The notes beneath the pieces were generated by a model. The model did not search any database. It saw nothing but the letters and a program-made list of their open reading frames with translations, and had not been told where the DNA came from. Shown piece after piece: positions 50,249 through 58,582 of a stretch of 64,000 nt of DNA. This stretch comes from Desulfatiglandales bacterium. GTDB taxonomy: Bacteria; Desulfobacterota; DSM-4660; Desulfatiglandales; HGW-15. Location of the stretch: the NCBI GenBank assembly GCA_963667015.2, contig CAXXJJ010000001.1, positions 320,001 to 384,000 of the forward strand, read 5' to 3'. The number at the start of each line of letters is the position of its first letter. Position 1 is the stretch's first letter. Both the position numbers and the translations under genes were made by a program.

Positions 50249-50306
50249 GCCCAACAAAAAAATCCAGCGGACGCAAAAAGCTGCGCCGCTGATTTAAACG
50301 TTGACT
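50249..50306 (+). other. attC6 (short type)
   Basis: GCCCAAC..CAGCGGACGCA..TGCGCCGCTG..GTTGACT. Confidence 0.9.
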
Positions 50307-50329
50307 GTAAAATCGAAAGGAGAATCCCC

Positions 50330-50893
50330 ATGTTACAAATCATTTTGATGATCATCGGAATTGTTATCGCTGTAAGGCGACCAAGACTCAAAAGACTTAC
50401 CCCTCAGGATTATCCAGGCCTTGATCCAGAAAAATTCACCGAGTGGCATAACGCACAACTTTCTGCAACAAACACGTTTTTGTGGGCCTCGTGGGGTTCA
50501 TTTGTTATAGGAATCATCCTTGTCCTCATAGTTGCTAGTATGGGAGGACTTCCTTTTGAGGGGTATATTGCTTTTAGAGTCTTCATCATAGTCGGAACCA
50601 TAGTGTGGTTTATTGTTGCTGGCGTTAAGAGTAGCTCAGCCCGAAAGCTTAGAGAAGAATTAGGAATTCAATGGCCAATAAGTTCAGGTAAACCAGAAAA
50701 TCAATGTAGCAATGCTTCTATACATAGTATAACTTCAGACGACAATCTCATTTCTGCTGAAGATTTTGCAAAACAAAAAGGAATGTCAACAGATGAGGTA
50801 GTTGAAAATATTAGAGAAGGTAAATTAGCAGGCAAAATCGATGGCGGTCAATGGTATGTCAATCTTAAGCTATCAATGAATATACAGAAATAG
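50330..50893 (+). CDS. Cassette 7: membrane protein with C-terminal HTH-like segment
   Basis: AAGGAG RBS; three TM stretches; ISAEDFAKQKG..IREGKLAG..GQWYV. Confidence 0.7.
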   Translation: MLQIILMIIGIVIAVRRPRLKRLTPQDYPGLDPEKFTEWHNAQLSATNTFLWASWGSFVIGIILVLIVASMGGLPFEGYIAFRVFIIVGTIVWFIVAGVKSSSARKLREELGIQWPISSGKPENQCSNASIHSITSDDNLISAEDFAKQKGMSTDEVVENIREGKLAGKIDGGQWYVNLKLSMNIQK

Positions 50894-50951
50894 CTTTAAA
50901 AACCAGTAATTGAAAGTACGCAGGCAAAAATAATCTAAACAGGTTGGCGGC

Positions 50952-51083
50952 AGCCAACAATGGTATCTACTAAGACCGGGCTATCCTCTTGCCAGATCGG
51001 GATTGAGATCAATTAAGTAATTATTGATGTTGGCAAATATTTTTCAAACTAAACCGCCCGGCTTGTAATGCCTGGCGTTATAT
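50952..51083 (+). other. attC7 (long type)
   Basis: AGCCAAC..GACCGGGC..GCCCGGC..GTTATAT. Confidence 0.85.
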
Positions 51084-51111
51084 TCATAAAAACCCCATAG
51101 AGAGGAATGGA

Positions 51112-51912
51112 ATGAAGAAAATTATTATAATACTAATGCTTATCGCTGTATCAATTTCTGTATCGGCAGATCCTGAGATTAAAGGGACGCCCGAAGAACT
51201 CCGTCAATTTCTACATCCTAACGAAAATACAGTGGCTATAACAGGTGAAGCTGAGGAAAAAGCGTATTCTGATAAAGCAATTGTTGACCTTGTTATCACA
51301 ACTAAAGATAAGATGCTTTCTACTTCATTAGAACAAAACAGTAAATTGCGTGAGACAATTAGAGCAGAGTTAATAAAAACAGGTTTAAGTGAAGATGCCA
51401 TAAAAAGCTCAAAATTTTCTTCATCACCGCAGTATGGATGGTTTGGAAAAAAACCGGATAGCTATCAGGTCAATAATCATATGGCAATTACTATCACTGA
51501 GGAGTCCCAGTTACAGGCAATTGCTTTTATCGCCGATTCGAATAAAGAAATAGAGCTTGCCAGCACTATCTTTGAACATTCTAAAAAGGATGAATACAAA
51601 GAAAGGGTAAAGAAAAAAGCCTTTGATGAGATATTAAAGCAAAAGGAAATTTACGAAAAGAGCCTGGGACTAAAACTCGTTCCTGTAGGGCTTAGACTGG
51701 GGTATGTAGGTCAAATACGTCAGGGAGAAACTGGAACTGGCCCTGAAGAATTTACGCTGGAGGAGATAGTTGTAACGTCAGAGAAAAGGTATAGTTCGTA
51801 TGGACCAATGTCGAGATCCAAGGACTTAGAAAAAATCCCGATACCTTCTTTTGATGAAATCAAATATAAAGCAACAGTAATAGTTGAATATAATTTTGAT
51901 AAAACGGAGTAA
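51112..51912 (+). CDS. Cassette 8: SIMPL/DUF541-like exported protein
   Basis: Signal peptide, VAITGEAE..DKAIVDL, SSSPQY, terminal ATVIVEY. Confidence 0.75.
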   Translation: MKKIIIILMLIAVSISVSADPEIKGTPEELRQFLHPNENTVAITGEAEEKAYSDKAIVDLVITTKDKMLSTSLEQNSKLRETIRAELIKTGLSEDAIKSSKFSSSPQYGWFGKKPDSYQVNNHMAITITEESQLQAIAFIADSNKEIELASTIFEHSKKDEYKERVKKKAFDEILKQKEIYEKSLGLKLVPVGLRLGYVGQIRQGETGTGPEEFTLEEIVVTSEKRYSSYGPMSRSKDLEKIPIPSFDEIKYKATVIVEYNFDKTE

Positions 51913-52040
51913 TACAAACCAATAAACTCAGACCGGGCTACTCTTTCGCCAGACCGGGATTGAGTTTAACATAGTAGCAATTGGGGTTGGCAAATATTTG
52001 TAATATTAAACCGCCCGGCAGGTTATCGGGCGCGTTGGGT
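51909..52040 (+). other. attC8 (long type, degenerate inverse core)
   Basis: Body highly similar to attC7; ends GTTGGGT; expected ATATAAC not present. Confidence 0.75.
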
Positions 52041-52062
52041 GTAGAATCATAAAACATTTACT

Positions 52063-52797
52063 GTGATGACTATGGATGAAAAACCTTATCTCATAGAAAT
52101 ATCTCTTAAGGAGGAAGATTTAAAAAAGACAGAAGTCTACCCATTTAATATCCCGGCTGTAGCGGGTCTTCATAAATTGTCATTTCATCCTGACGTAACA
52201 TTTATAATTGGTGAGAACGGTACCGGAAAATCAACTCTTATTGAAGCTATAGCCCTATCCATGGGATTCGGCCCAGAAGGCGGCACAAGAAATGTTCAGT
52301 TTGCAACGGCGGATACAGTTTCTGATTTACATGAAAAGCTTAGAATTTCCAAGAGCTATAAAAAACCTAGTGATTATTATTTTTTGAGAGCAGAAAGCTT
52401 CTATAATGTTGCTACCTATATGGACAGCACCGGCTACTTAGGAGGTTATGGAGGTAAATCTCTCCATCATAGATCCCACGGAGAATCTTTTATGGCAACT
52501 TTAACTAAGAAGTTAAGAGGAAATGGTTTTTATATTTTTGATGAGCCTGAAGCAGCGTTGTCACCAACACGACAGATGTCTGCAATTACTGCGATTCATG
52601 ATTTGGTGCAAAATGGGTCTCAATTCATTATAGCCACGCATTCTCCTATTTTGCTTGCATATCCAAATTCAAAGATTCTTCAGCTTGATAGTGAGGGGTT
52701 TAATGAAGTTAAATACGAAGACACAGAACATTATAAAGTCACTCATGATTTTTTGAATAAATATAAACAAATGATTAATATCCTAATTTCAAAATAG
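52063..52797 (+). CDS. Cassette 9: ABC/SMC-type ATPase (COG3910-like)
   Basis: GENGTGKST, FLRAESF, SHGESF, FDEPEAALSP, IATHSP. Confidence 0.88.
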   Translation: MMTMDEKPYLIEISLKEEDLKKTEVYPFNIPAVAGLHKLSFHPDVTFIIGENGTGKSTLIEAIALSMGFGPEGGTRNVQFATADTVSDLHEKLRISKSYKKPSDYYFLRAESFYNVATYMDSTGYLGGYGGKSLHHRSHGESFMATLTKKLRGNGFYIFDEPEAALSPTRQMSAITAIHDLVQNGSQFIIATHSPILLAYPNSKILQLDSEGFNEVKYEDTEHYKVTHDFLNKYKQMINILISK

Positions 52798-52803
52798 AAC
52801 AGC

Positions 52804-52865
52804 ACACAACAAAAGCATTAAGTGCGACGGCAAAAAGTCGCCGCGCCTTATGCTTGGCGTTGGGA
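52804..52865 (+). other. attC9 (near copy of attC4)
   Basis: ACACAAC..CATTAAGTGCGACGGC..GTCGCCGCGCCTTATG..GTTGGGA. Confidence 0.9.
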
Positions 52866-52873
52866 GGAAAGAA

Positions 52874-53215
52874 ATGGATAAAGATATGAAAATAAAATTA
52901 CACAATGGCTTAAAGGAAAGTAGTATCGGCTTTCTATTAGCTGTAGCGTATGTAATTTTAAAATATTTTTATTGGCCTAATATTTTTATTTGGTTGGCTG
53001 AAATTATTTTTGTCATTTTTTGCATGGTTTTATTCTTTATCAGAGGTTATCGGAAAGGGGGCTCAATAACGAACTTTAAGCAGGAAATGCAAAAGAAGAA
53101 AGAAGATATATTAAATTCAAGGTTTTCTGAAGATCTTAAGTGTTATAAATGCTCAAGTATAATAAAGCCCAATGATAAGAGTTGCCCATCTTGTGGGTGG
53201 ACTTGGAAGTTATAA
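52874..53215 (+). CDS. Cassette 10: 2-TM protein with C-terminal zinc ribbon
   Basis: CYKC..CPSCGWTW; GGAGG RBS overlapping the core site. Confidence 0.75.
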   Translation: MDKDMKIKLHNGLKESSIGFLLAVAYVILKYFYWPNIFIWLAEIIFVIFCMVLFFIRGYRKGGSITNFKQEMQKKKEDILNSRFSEDLKCYKCSSIIKPNDKSCPSCGWTWKL

Positions 53216-53219
53216 AGAC

Positions 53220-53357
53220 TCCCAACCATTGCATCTACAAGGACCGTGCTATTTTTTTCGCTTTTTTTAATGGTCTGGCAGTATTCAAAATAATAACCAT
53301 CAATGAGTGTTTTGGCCTGCACGGCACGGCCTCTTAATGCCACCTTAGGAGTTAGGA
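53220..53357 (+). other. attC10 (long type, altered core)
   Basis: TCCCAAC..GACCGTGC..GCACGGC..CAC-CTTAGGA-GTTAGGA. Confidence 0.8.
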
Positions 53358-53417
53358 GTACATCATGAAAACACTTGAAGAAAGAGATATTAAACTACTT
53401 TCAAAAAAAGGATTGAT

Positions 53418-54950
53418 ATGTCTTATTCACCAAAATTGAGTTCCGGATTTACTTTTGCAAAAAACCGGAGTGTTTTTATATCTCCCCAATCGGGAATGTG
53501 TTCATTCTGCACTCAAGACTGTAACGGCACATGTGAACTGGCACAGGCGGCTGTTTTGGGGGCACAAACAGTATACCCTACAACAACCGGAAACAACCAG
53601 ATTGCATCTGAAAAAGATTATCCAATTGATTTTTCACACTTCAATATCAACGGTCATGTATTCGGTGCCCAGGGAGCCAATGAAACCTCGGAAGAGGCCA
53701 CCATTTTTAATGTAAAACTTGAGCGGGTCTATGGTTTTATGCATCCGGTAAGGCTGGCAATGCCTGTTATACTGCCTGCATTGATAAAACTTAACTGGCA
53801 GGACTACTTTTCCGGAGCTGCAATGGCCGGTGTAACCTGTGTGATAGGTGAACATGCAAGAAACAATGAGCCTAATCTAAAAATCGACAATGGAAGGGTC
53901 TCGGACTTTCCATTGTTAAAAAAGGCTCTTGACTGTTTTCGTCGATATGACAGGGGATATGGGCAGATTGTGCTGCAATGTAATGTGGATGACGATCTCA
54001 TGGGTGTCCCGGAAATTGCCATAGAAAAATATGGGGCCAATGCCATTGAAATTAAATTCGGACAAGCGGCAAAGGGCACTCAGCCGGCCATACGGGTAAA
54101 GGATCTTGAAACAGCACTTGTAAAACAACAGCAGGGTAATCTGGTTTACCCCGATCCCGGTGATGCATTAGTACAGGAGGCTTACAATAAAGGTGTCTGC
54201 CCGAATTTTTACACGTATGGCAGGTTGCCCCTGTGGACAGAAAAATCCCTTATGGCCCATATCACAAAGCTTCGAGACATGGGTGCCGAAAACATCTATT
54301 TTAAGATGGCCGGGTATGACAGGCTGGATATTGAACGGGTGATCAGGCTGGCCTGTGAAGCACAGGTGGATATGATAACCTTTGACGGAGCAGGCGGAGG
54401 TTCAGGATACAGCCCCTCAAAAATGATGAACGAGTGGTCACTGCCAACGGTCTGCCTGGAGGATGCAGTGGTCCGCATTTGTGAACAATTGAAATCTGAA
54501 GGATTGACCCTGCCTGCCATGGTTATGACCGGCGGGTTTGCCAGTGAGGATCAAGTATTTAAGGCCCTGGCCTATGGGGATGGTCATGTTTTGGGAATAG
54601 GTTTATGCAGGGCGGCAATGGCTGCGGCCATGACCGGAAAAACAATCGGTGAACAGATAAAGACTGGAAACGTGCCGGAAAGATTTGCACTATATGGTTC
54701 AACAATTGAAGAAATATTTTGCGACCTTCCTGATTTGCGTGCTATTTACGGTACAAAAGCAAATCAATTCCCTGCCGGGGCTATCGGGGTCTTTTCTTAT
54801 CTCAATAAAATTGCATTTGGGTTAAAGCATTTTGCTGCCCTGAATAGGAAATTTAACATAGACCTTCTAAACAAAAGTGACCTCATTCCCCTTACATCCG
54901 AAGCAAGGGCACTGATGGCTGATAAGTGGTTTACACCGCTAAATAAATAG
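53418..54950 (+). CDS. FMN-binding glutamate synthase family protein
   Basis: IEIKFGQAAKG, ITFDGAGGGSG, MTGGF. Confidence 0.85.
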   Translation: MSYSPKLSSGFTFAKNRSVFISPQSGMCSFCTQDCNGTCELAQAAVLGAQTVYPTTTGNNQIASEKDYPIDFSHFNINGHVFGAQGANETSEEATIFNVKLERVYGFMHPVRLAMPVILPALIKLNWQDYFSGAAMAGVTCVIGEHARNNEPNLKIDNGRVSDFPLLKKALDCFRRYDRGYGQIVLQCNVDDDLMGVPEIAIEKYGANAIEIKFGQAAKGTQPAIRVKDLETALVKQQQGNLVYPDPGDALVQEAYNKGVCPNFYTYGRLPLWTEKSLMAHITKLRDMGAENIYFKMAGYDRLDIERVIRLACEAQVDMITFDGAGGGSGYSPSKMMNEWSLPTVCLEDAVVRICEQLKSEGLTLPAMVMTGGFASEDQVFKALAYGDGHVLGIGLCRAAMAAAMTGKTIGEQIKTGNVPERFALYGSTIEEIFCDLPDLRAIYGTKANQFPAGAIGVFSYLNKIAFGLKHFAALNRKFNIDLLNKSDLIPLTSEARALMADKWFTPLNK

Positions 54951-55323
54951 GCGGCCTGAAAACAGCTTTGCCGCTTCAAAATACAACGGGGATAAGGTTC
55001 TATGTTTGATAATTGTTTAAATAGGTTCCGACAATGAACATGCTGACTTGTATTGATCTGGTAAAAGATGAACCATTTGACAAATAGCTCCGGCGGAAAT
55101 CGCATAAGACACTGCTTCCGCTCAACTAATCATCATTGATGACACAAAAGTTAACAACAATATAGCGGGGTACTATTTTTGGGGAATCCTTGCAGCCGGG
55201 AATTGACAGCTTATGGCATGACACAGAAAGAATTTTCAAGGTAGAAAAAAAATGATAAAGACATATAAAGGCAATTTAAAAAAGCCTCTGACGAACTGAC
55301 CTCTAAATTAAAGGAGCGACAAA

Positions 55324-55644
55324 ATGACAGTTAAAAGAATATGGCATGCATGGACGACAAAGGAAAACGCAGATAAATATCAGGATATTTTAAACAAAGT
55401 AGTTCTACCGGGCATTGAGGCAAAGAAAATACCAGGTTACAGAAGGATGGAGGTGTTGAGAATTGACCTGAAGAGTGAGGTTGAATTTTTAACTATTATG
55501 ACATTTGATTCACTGGAGAATGTATACACCTTTCAGGGTGAGGATTATAAAAAAAGTTACGTCCCCGAAGAGACACATAGCTTAATTAAAAGATGGGACC
55601 GCGAATCAACACATTATACTCTGGTAGAGACGAGAGAATATTAA
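55324..55644 (+). CDS. Antibiotic biosynthesis monooxygenase-like dimeric barrel protein
   Basis: RIWHAWTT.ENAD.Y..IPGYR..EVEFLTIMTFDSL..F.GEDY. Confidence 0.75.
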   Translation: MTVKRIWHAWTTKENADKYQDILNKVVLPGIEAKKIPGYRRMEVLRIDLKSEVEFLTIMTFDSLENVYTFQGEDYKKSYVPEETHSLIKRWDRESTHYTLVETREY

Positions 55645-55678
55645 AGACCCGATAATCTGTCTATTTTGAAAGCAGTAT

Positions 55679-57337
55679 ATGGAAATAAGAAAGACCACGC
55701 AAAACGATATTGAGGAAATTTTCAAGATTTACGAGTCCGCCAGACAGTTCATGGCAGAAAACGGCAATCCGAATCAATGGAGCAATATTCACCCTGAAGA
55801 AAAAATAATTCTAATGGATATTGATAAGGGTAAATTTTTGTCAGCAATCAGAGAATATAATAAATTTAATCTTTATCTTTTAGATTTTAAAATAAGGAAT
55901 CGTATATTAAATTTTTTATTATTTCTGGTGTTCATATTAACCCCGGGGTGCAGTTCCACAAAATCCTCAATGCCGATAAGCCTTGAAATAAAGCCCTTTG
56001 AAAAGATCATGGAGGATAAATATAAAAAACTCCGGGTCGCCAGAGAGATGATACTGGAAACAGAGATTTCCTCACAGGTAATAGTTTCAAGAGGAAACCC
56101 CGATTATTTTGTTGAATATCTGAATGCAGATCTTAAGATTTTACCTCTGTCTGACAGCCGGCAGGAGGTATCTGATCTTGATATAACACCCGAAGCAAAA
56201 ATTTCGGGCAACTCCCTTGCGTTCAGGCTGGACTCCCCATCTCCAGGGCCTCATGTATTTAAATTAAAGGCAAAGGCTGTATTAAGGCGTGAGTTTGTGC
56301 AGGTCAAGGAGAAGATACCATTTCCGCTGCATGACATTCCAATAGAGCATATCAAATATACAAGTCCAAGTTCCCTGATTGATTCGGAAGATGAGGAAAT
56401 AGGAAAACTCGCCTCATCCATAGCGCAGGGGGAAGACGACCTTTACAGGGTTGTTTTTAAAGTGAGCGAATGGGTGGCGGAAAACGTAAGTTCTCAGATT
56501 GACAGTTCAACAATTTACACATCACAGACTGCATCGTGGGTTCTTGAAAACCGGAAAGGCGTCTGTGATGAAAAGACCAATCTGCTCATAGGGCTCCTCC
56601 GTTCATTAAAAATCCCGGCTAAATTTGTCATAGGCTTAGTGGGCGTAAATTATAACGGAAAGATAAATTTCAAGCCGCATGGCTGGGCAGAGGTCTATTT
56701 CCCTTCCGCAGGCTGGATCCCCTTTGATGTGGCTTACAACCAGCTGGGTTTTATTGATGCCTCCCATATGAAACTCTCGGAATCCGTTGATGTTTCAGAG
56801 CCCATTACCTCATATGAATGGAAATCTATTGATATCAGGGATCCTTTAAAATCGAATGAAGGGAAATCGGATAATGCTCTTCTCTCCATTAAAGATCTGG
56901 AAATAAATGCAAGGATAAAGCAGATAACAGGGACAATTCAGCCACTTTTAGAATTAGAACCAGGTGTATGGTACAGTAAAATAGAAACAGGATCTTATAA
57001 TGTAATAGAGGCCACCATAATCAATCCTCACGATTTCTATGTGATCACAGACATATACCTCCAGGTTCCTGAAAATCTGGAAATCATGGAACAGAACAGT
57101 AAAATGTTTCTTATGGAACCGAAGACAGAAAAAACAGTTTACTGGATTGTAAAGCCAGAGGTTGACAGGAATGAAAATATAACCACCCTCTTTCCTGTTG
57201 ATGTTGTCATTCCGGGGGGAGGTTCTTCCAGTGTTGAATTTTCTGTGGCAAAGGCTCCGGGATACGCAATGCACAGTCTCAAAAAAATTGAGAACGATAT
57301 TGAAAAGAAAAGCAAAGGTGAAAAGATTCGTAGATAA
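55679..57337 (+). CDS. Transglutaminase-like protein, fused in frame to a GNAT N-terminal stub
   Basis: GVCDE..IPAKFVIG..HGWAEVY..GWIPFD catalytic triad; first ~50 aa resemble a GNAT start. Confidence 0.75.
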   Translation: MEIRKTTQNDIEEIFKIYESARQFMAENGNPNQWSNIHPEEKIILMDIDKGKFLSAIREYNKFNLYLLDFKIRNRILNFLLFLVFILTPGCSSTKSSMPISLEIKPFEKIMEDKYKKLRVAREMILETEISSQVIVSRGNPDYFVEYLNADLKILPLSDSRQEVSDLDITPEAKISGNSLAFRLDSPSPGPHVFKLKAKAVLRREFVQVKEKIPFPLHDIPIEHIKYTSPSSLIDSEDEEIGKLASSIAQGEDDLYRVVFKVSEWVAENVSSQIDSSTIYTSQTASWVLENRKGVCDEKTNLLIGLLRSLKIPAKFVIGLVGVNYNGKINFKPHGWAEVYFPSAGWIPFDVAYNQLGFIDASHMKLSESVDVSEPITSYEWKSIDIRDPLKSNEGKSDNALLSIKDLEINARIKQITGTIQPLLELEPGVWYSKIETGSYNVIEATIINPHDFYVITDIYLQVPENLEIMEQNSKMFLMEPKTEKTVYWIVKPEVDRNENITTLFPVDVVIPGGGSSSVEFSVAKAPGYAMHSLKKIENDIEKKSKGEKIRR

Positions 57338-57339
57338 AT

Positions 57340-57516
57340 ATGATAATCAGACCGGAAACAGAATCCGACGTACAGGCGATAACCAATGTTACAGTAGAGG
57401 CATTTAAAACAGTAGAAACCTGTTGTTCTGTTCATATGACGCATCCTTCGGATGCTCTCAGTTATCAGTATCTCAACCCAATGAATCCTGCCTTTCCAGG
57501 TAAATCCAAATTATAG
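57340..57516 (+). pseudogene. 5' stub of a GNAT acetyltransferase
   Basis: MIIRPETESDVQAITNVTVEAF followed by unrelated sequence. Confidence 0.45.
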
Positions 57517-57674
57517 AAAAACAGGCGATCCTTCGGGATGACAAGGGATCTTTGACAGATCTGATATGACGAAGCGGCAGGACAGGTAATCAAAAATTAA
57601 GAGTTGCAATGACACCTGCATTTTTTTAAAGTGCCGGGGATTAAATCCACAGGAAAAAAGGAGAGGTTTTAGAT

Positions 57675-58361
57675 TTGAGGCAGAGAAAAGTTAAGAATGT
57701 AGCAGCAAGAATTGTCGAACACAGTCAATATATGATTGAAGACCCCAGGGATAAAAAGGGGAAGTGGCGGCAGGTTTTTGAAAACGATAATCCGATTTTT
57801 GCGGAATTCGGCTGCGGAAAGGGCAAGTTTATAATGACCCTGGCTGAACAGAATCCGGATCGCAATTATATTGCCATTGAGTGCAGAGAGAGCATTGTAT
57901 TGAGGGTCCTTGAAAAAGCCAGGGAGAAGGATCTTAAAAATCTGTATGTTGTTTATGAAAACATAATAGGTGTGAATGAATATTTTGAGCAGAATGAACT
58001 TTCAGGGATTTATCTGAATTTCAGTGATCCGTGGCCAAAGACTCGCCATGCCAAGAGGAGACTGACCTTCATCAAATACCTGGAAGGATATCAGCGGATA
58101 CTGAAACCGGGATGCTGCATTGAATTTAAGACCGATAGAAACGACCTCTTTTCCTTTACTGTCGATCAATTTCAAAAAACCGACATGAAGGTTCTTGAGA
58201 TGACCGATGATCTTCATGGTACTGACCTTGACGCAAGGCTGGTGACAACCGAGTACGAGGACAGGTTCCATGGCGGCGGAAAGAAGATCAATTACTGTAA
58301 GCTGCAGGTGGGGAGTAAGCATAAAGGGTTCCAGGTTTCAAGGGGCCGAGGGGTCAAGTGA
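57675..58361 (+). CDS. trmB: tRNA (guanine-N7)-methyltransferase
   Basis: EFGCGKG, LNFSDPWPKTRHAKRRL, FKTD, TEYE. Confidence 0.93.
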   Translation: MRQRKVKNVAARIVEHSQYMIEDPRDKKGKWRQVFENDNPIFAEFGCGKGKFIMTLAEQNPDRNYIAIECRESIVLRVLEKAREKDLKNLYVVYENIIGVNEYFEQNELSGIYLNFSDPWPKTRHAKRRLTFIKYLEGYQRILKPGCCIEFKTDRNDLFSFTVDQFQKTDMKVLEMTDDLHGTDLDARLVTTEYEDRFHGGGKKINYCKLQVGSKHKGFQVSRGRGVK

Positions 58362-58410
58362 AAGGCCTGAAAACCCTTGAACCCATGAACCCCGGGACCC
58401 TCGAACCCTT
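58326..58410. repeat. Short-unit inverted repeat (GGGTTC/GAACCC 8-bp units)
   Basis: GGTTCCAGGTTTCAAGGGGCCGAGGGGTCAAG .. CTTGAACCCATGAACCCCGGGACCCTCGAACCC. Confidence 0.6.
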
Positions 58411-58582
58411 TCCTCCAAAACCTCCCATGCATAATACTCTCTGCATTTTTTAATAAAACCAAAATACGCCTCTTCCCAATAAACTTTTTTCACACTTTAT
58501 TCATATTCCGTTCTTAATAAATACACACTTTAGGCTCACAATTGGAAAATAAAAATTCCATGGTTTGCTTAAGGAGGGCAAA

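Larger units (their letters stand above)
44205..53357 (+). mobile_element. Integron gene-cassette array, 10 cassettes, no intI in window
   Basis: Ten RYYYAAC..GTTRRRY palindromic sites; nine inverse cores match the core at the start of their cassette with 0-1 mismatch; co-oriented single-ORF, lower-GC units. Confidence 0.93.

Noticed and set aside
44205..53357. CRISPR array
   Set aside because: The repeats are variable palindromes separated by whole genes, i.e. attC sites
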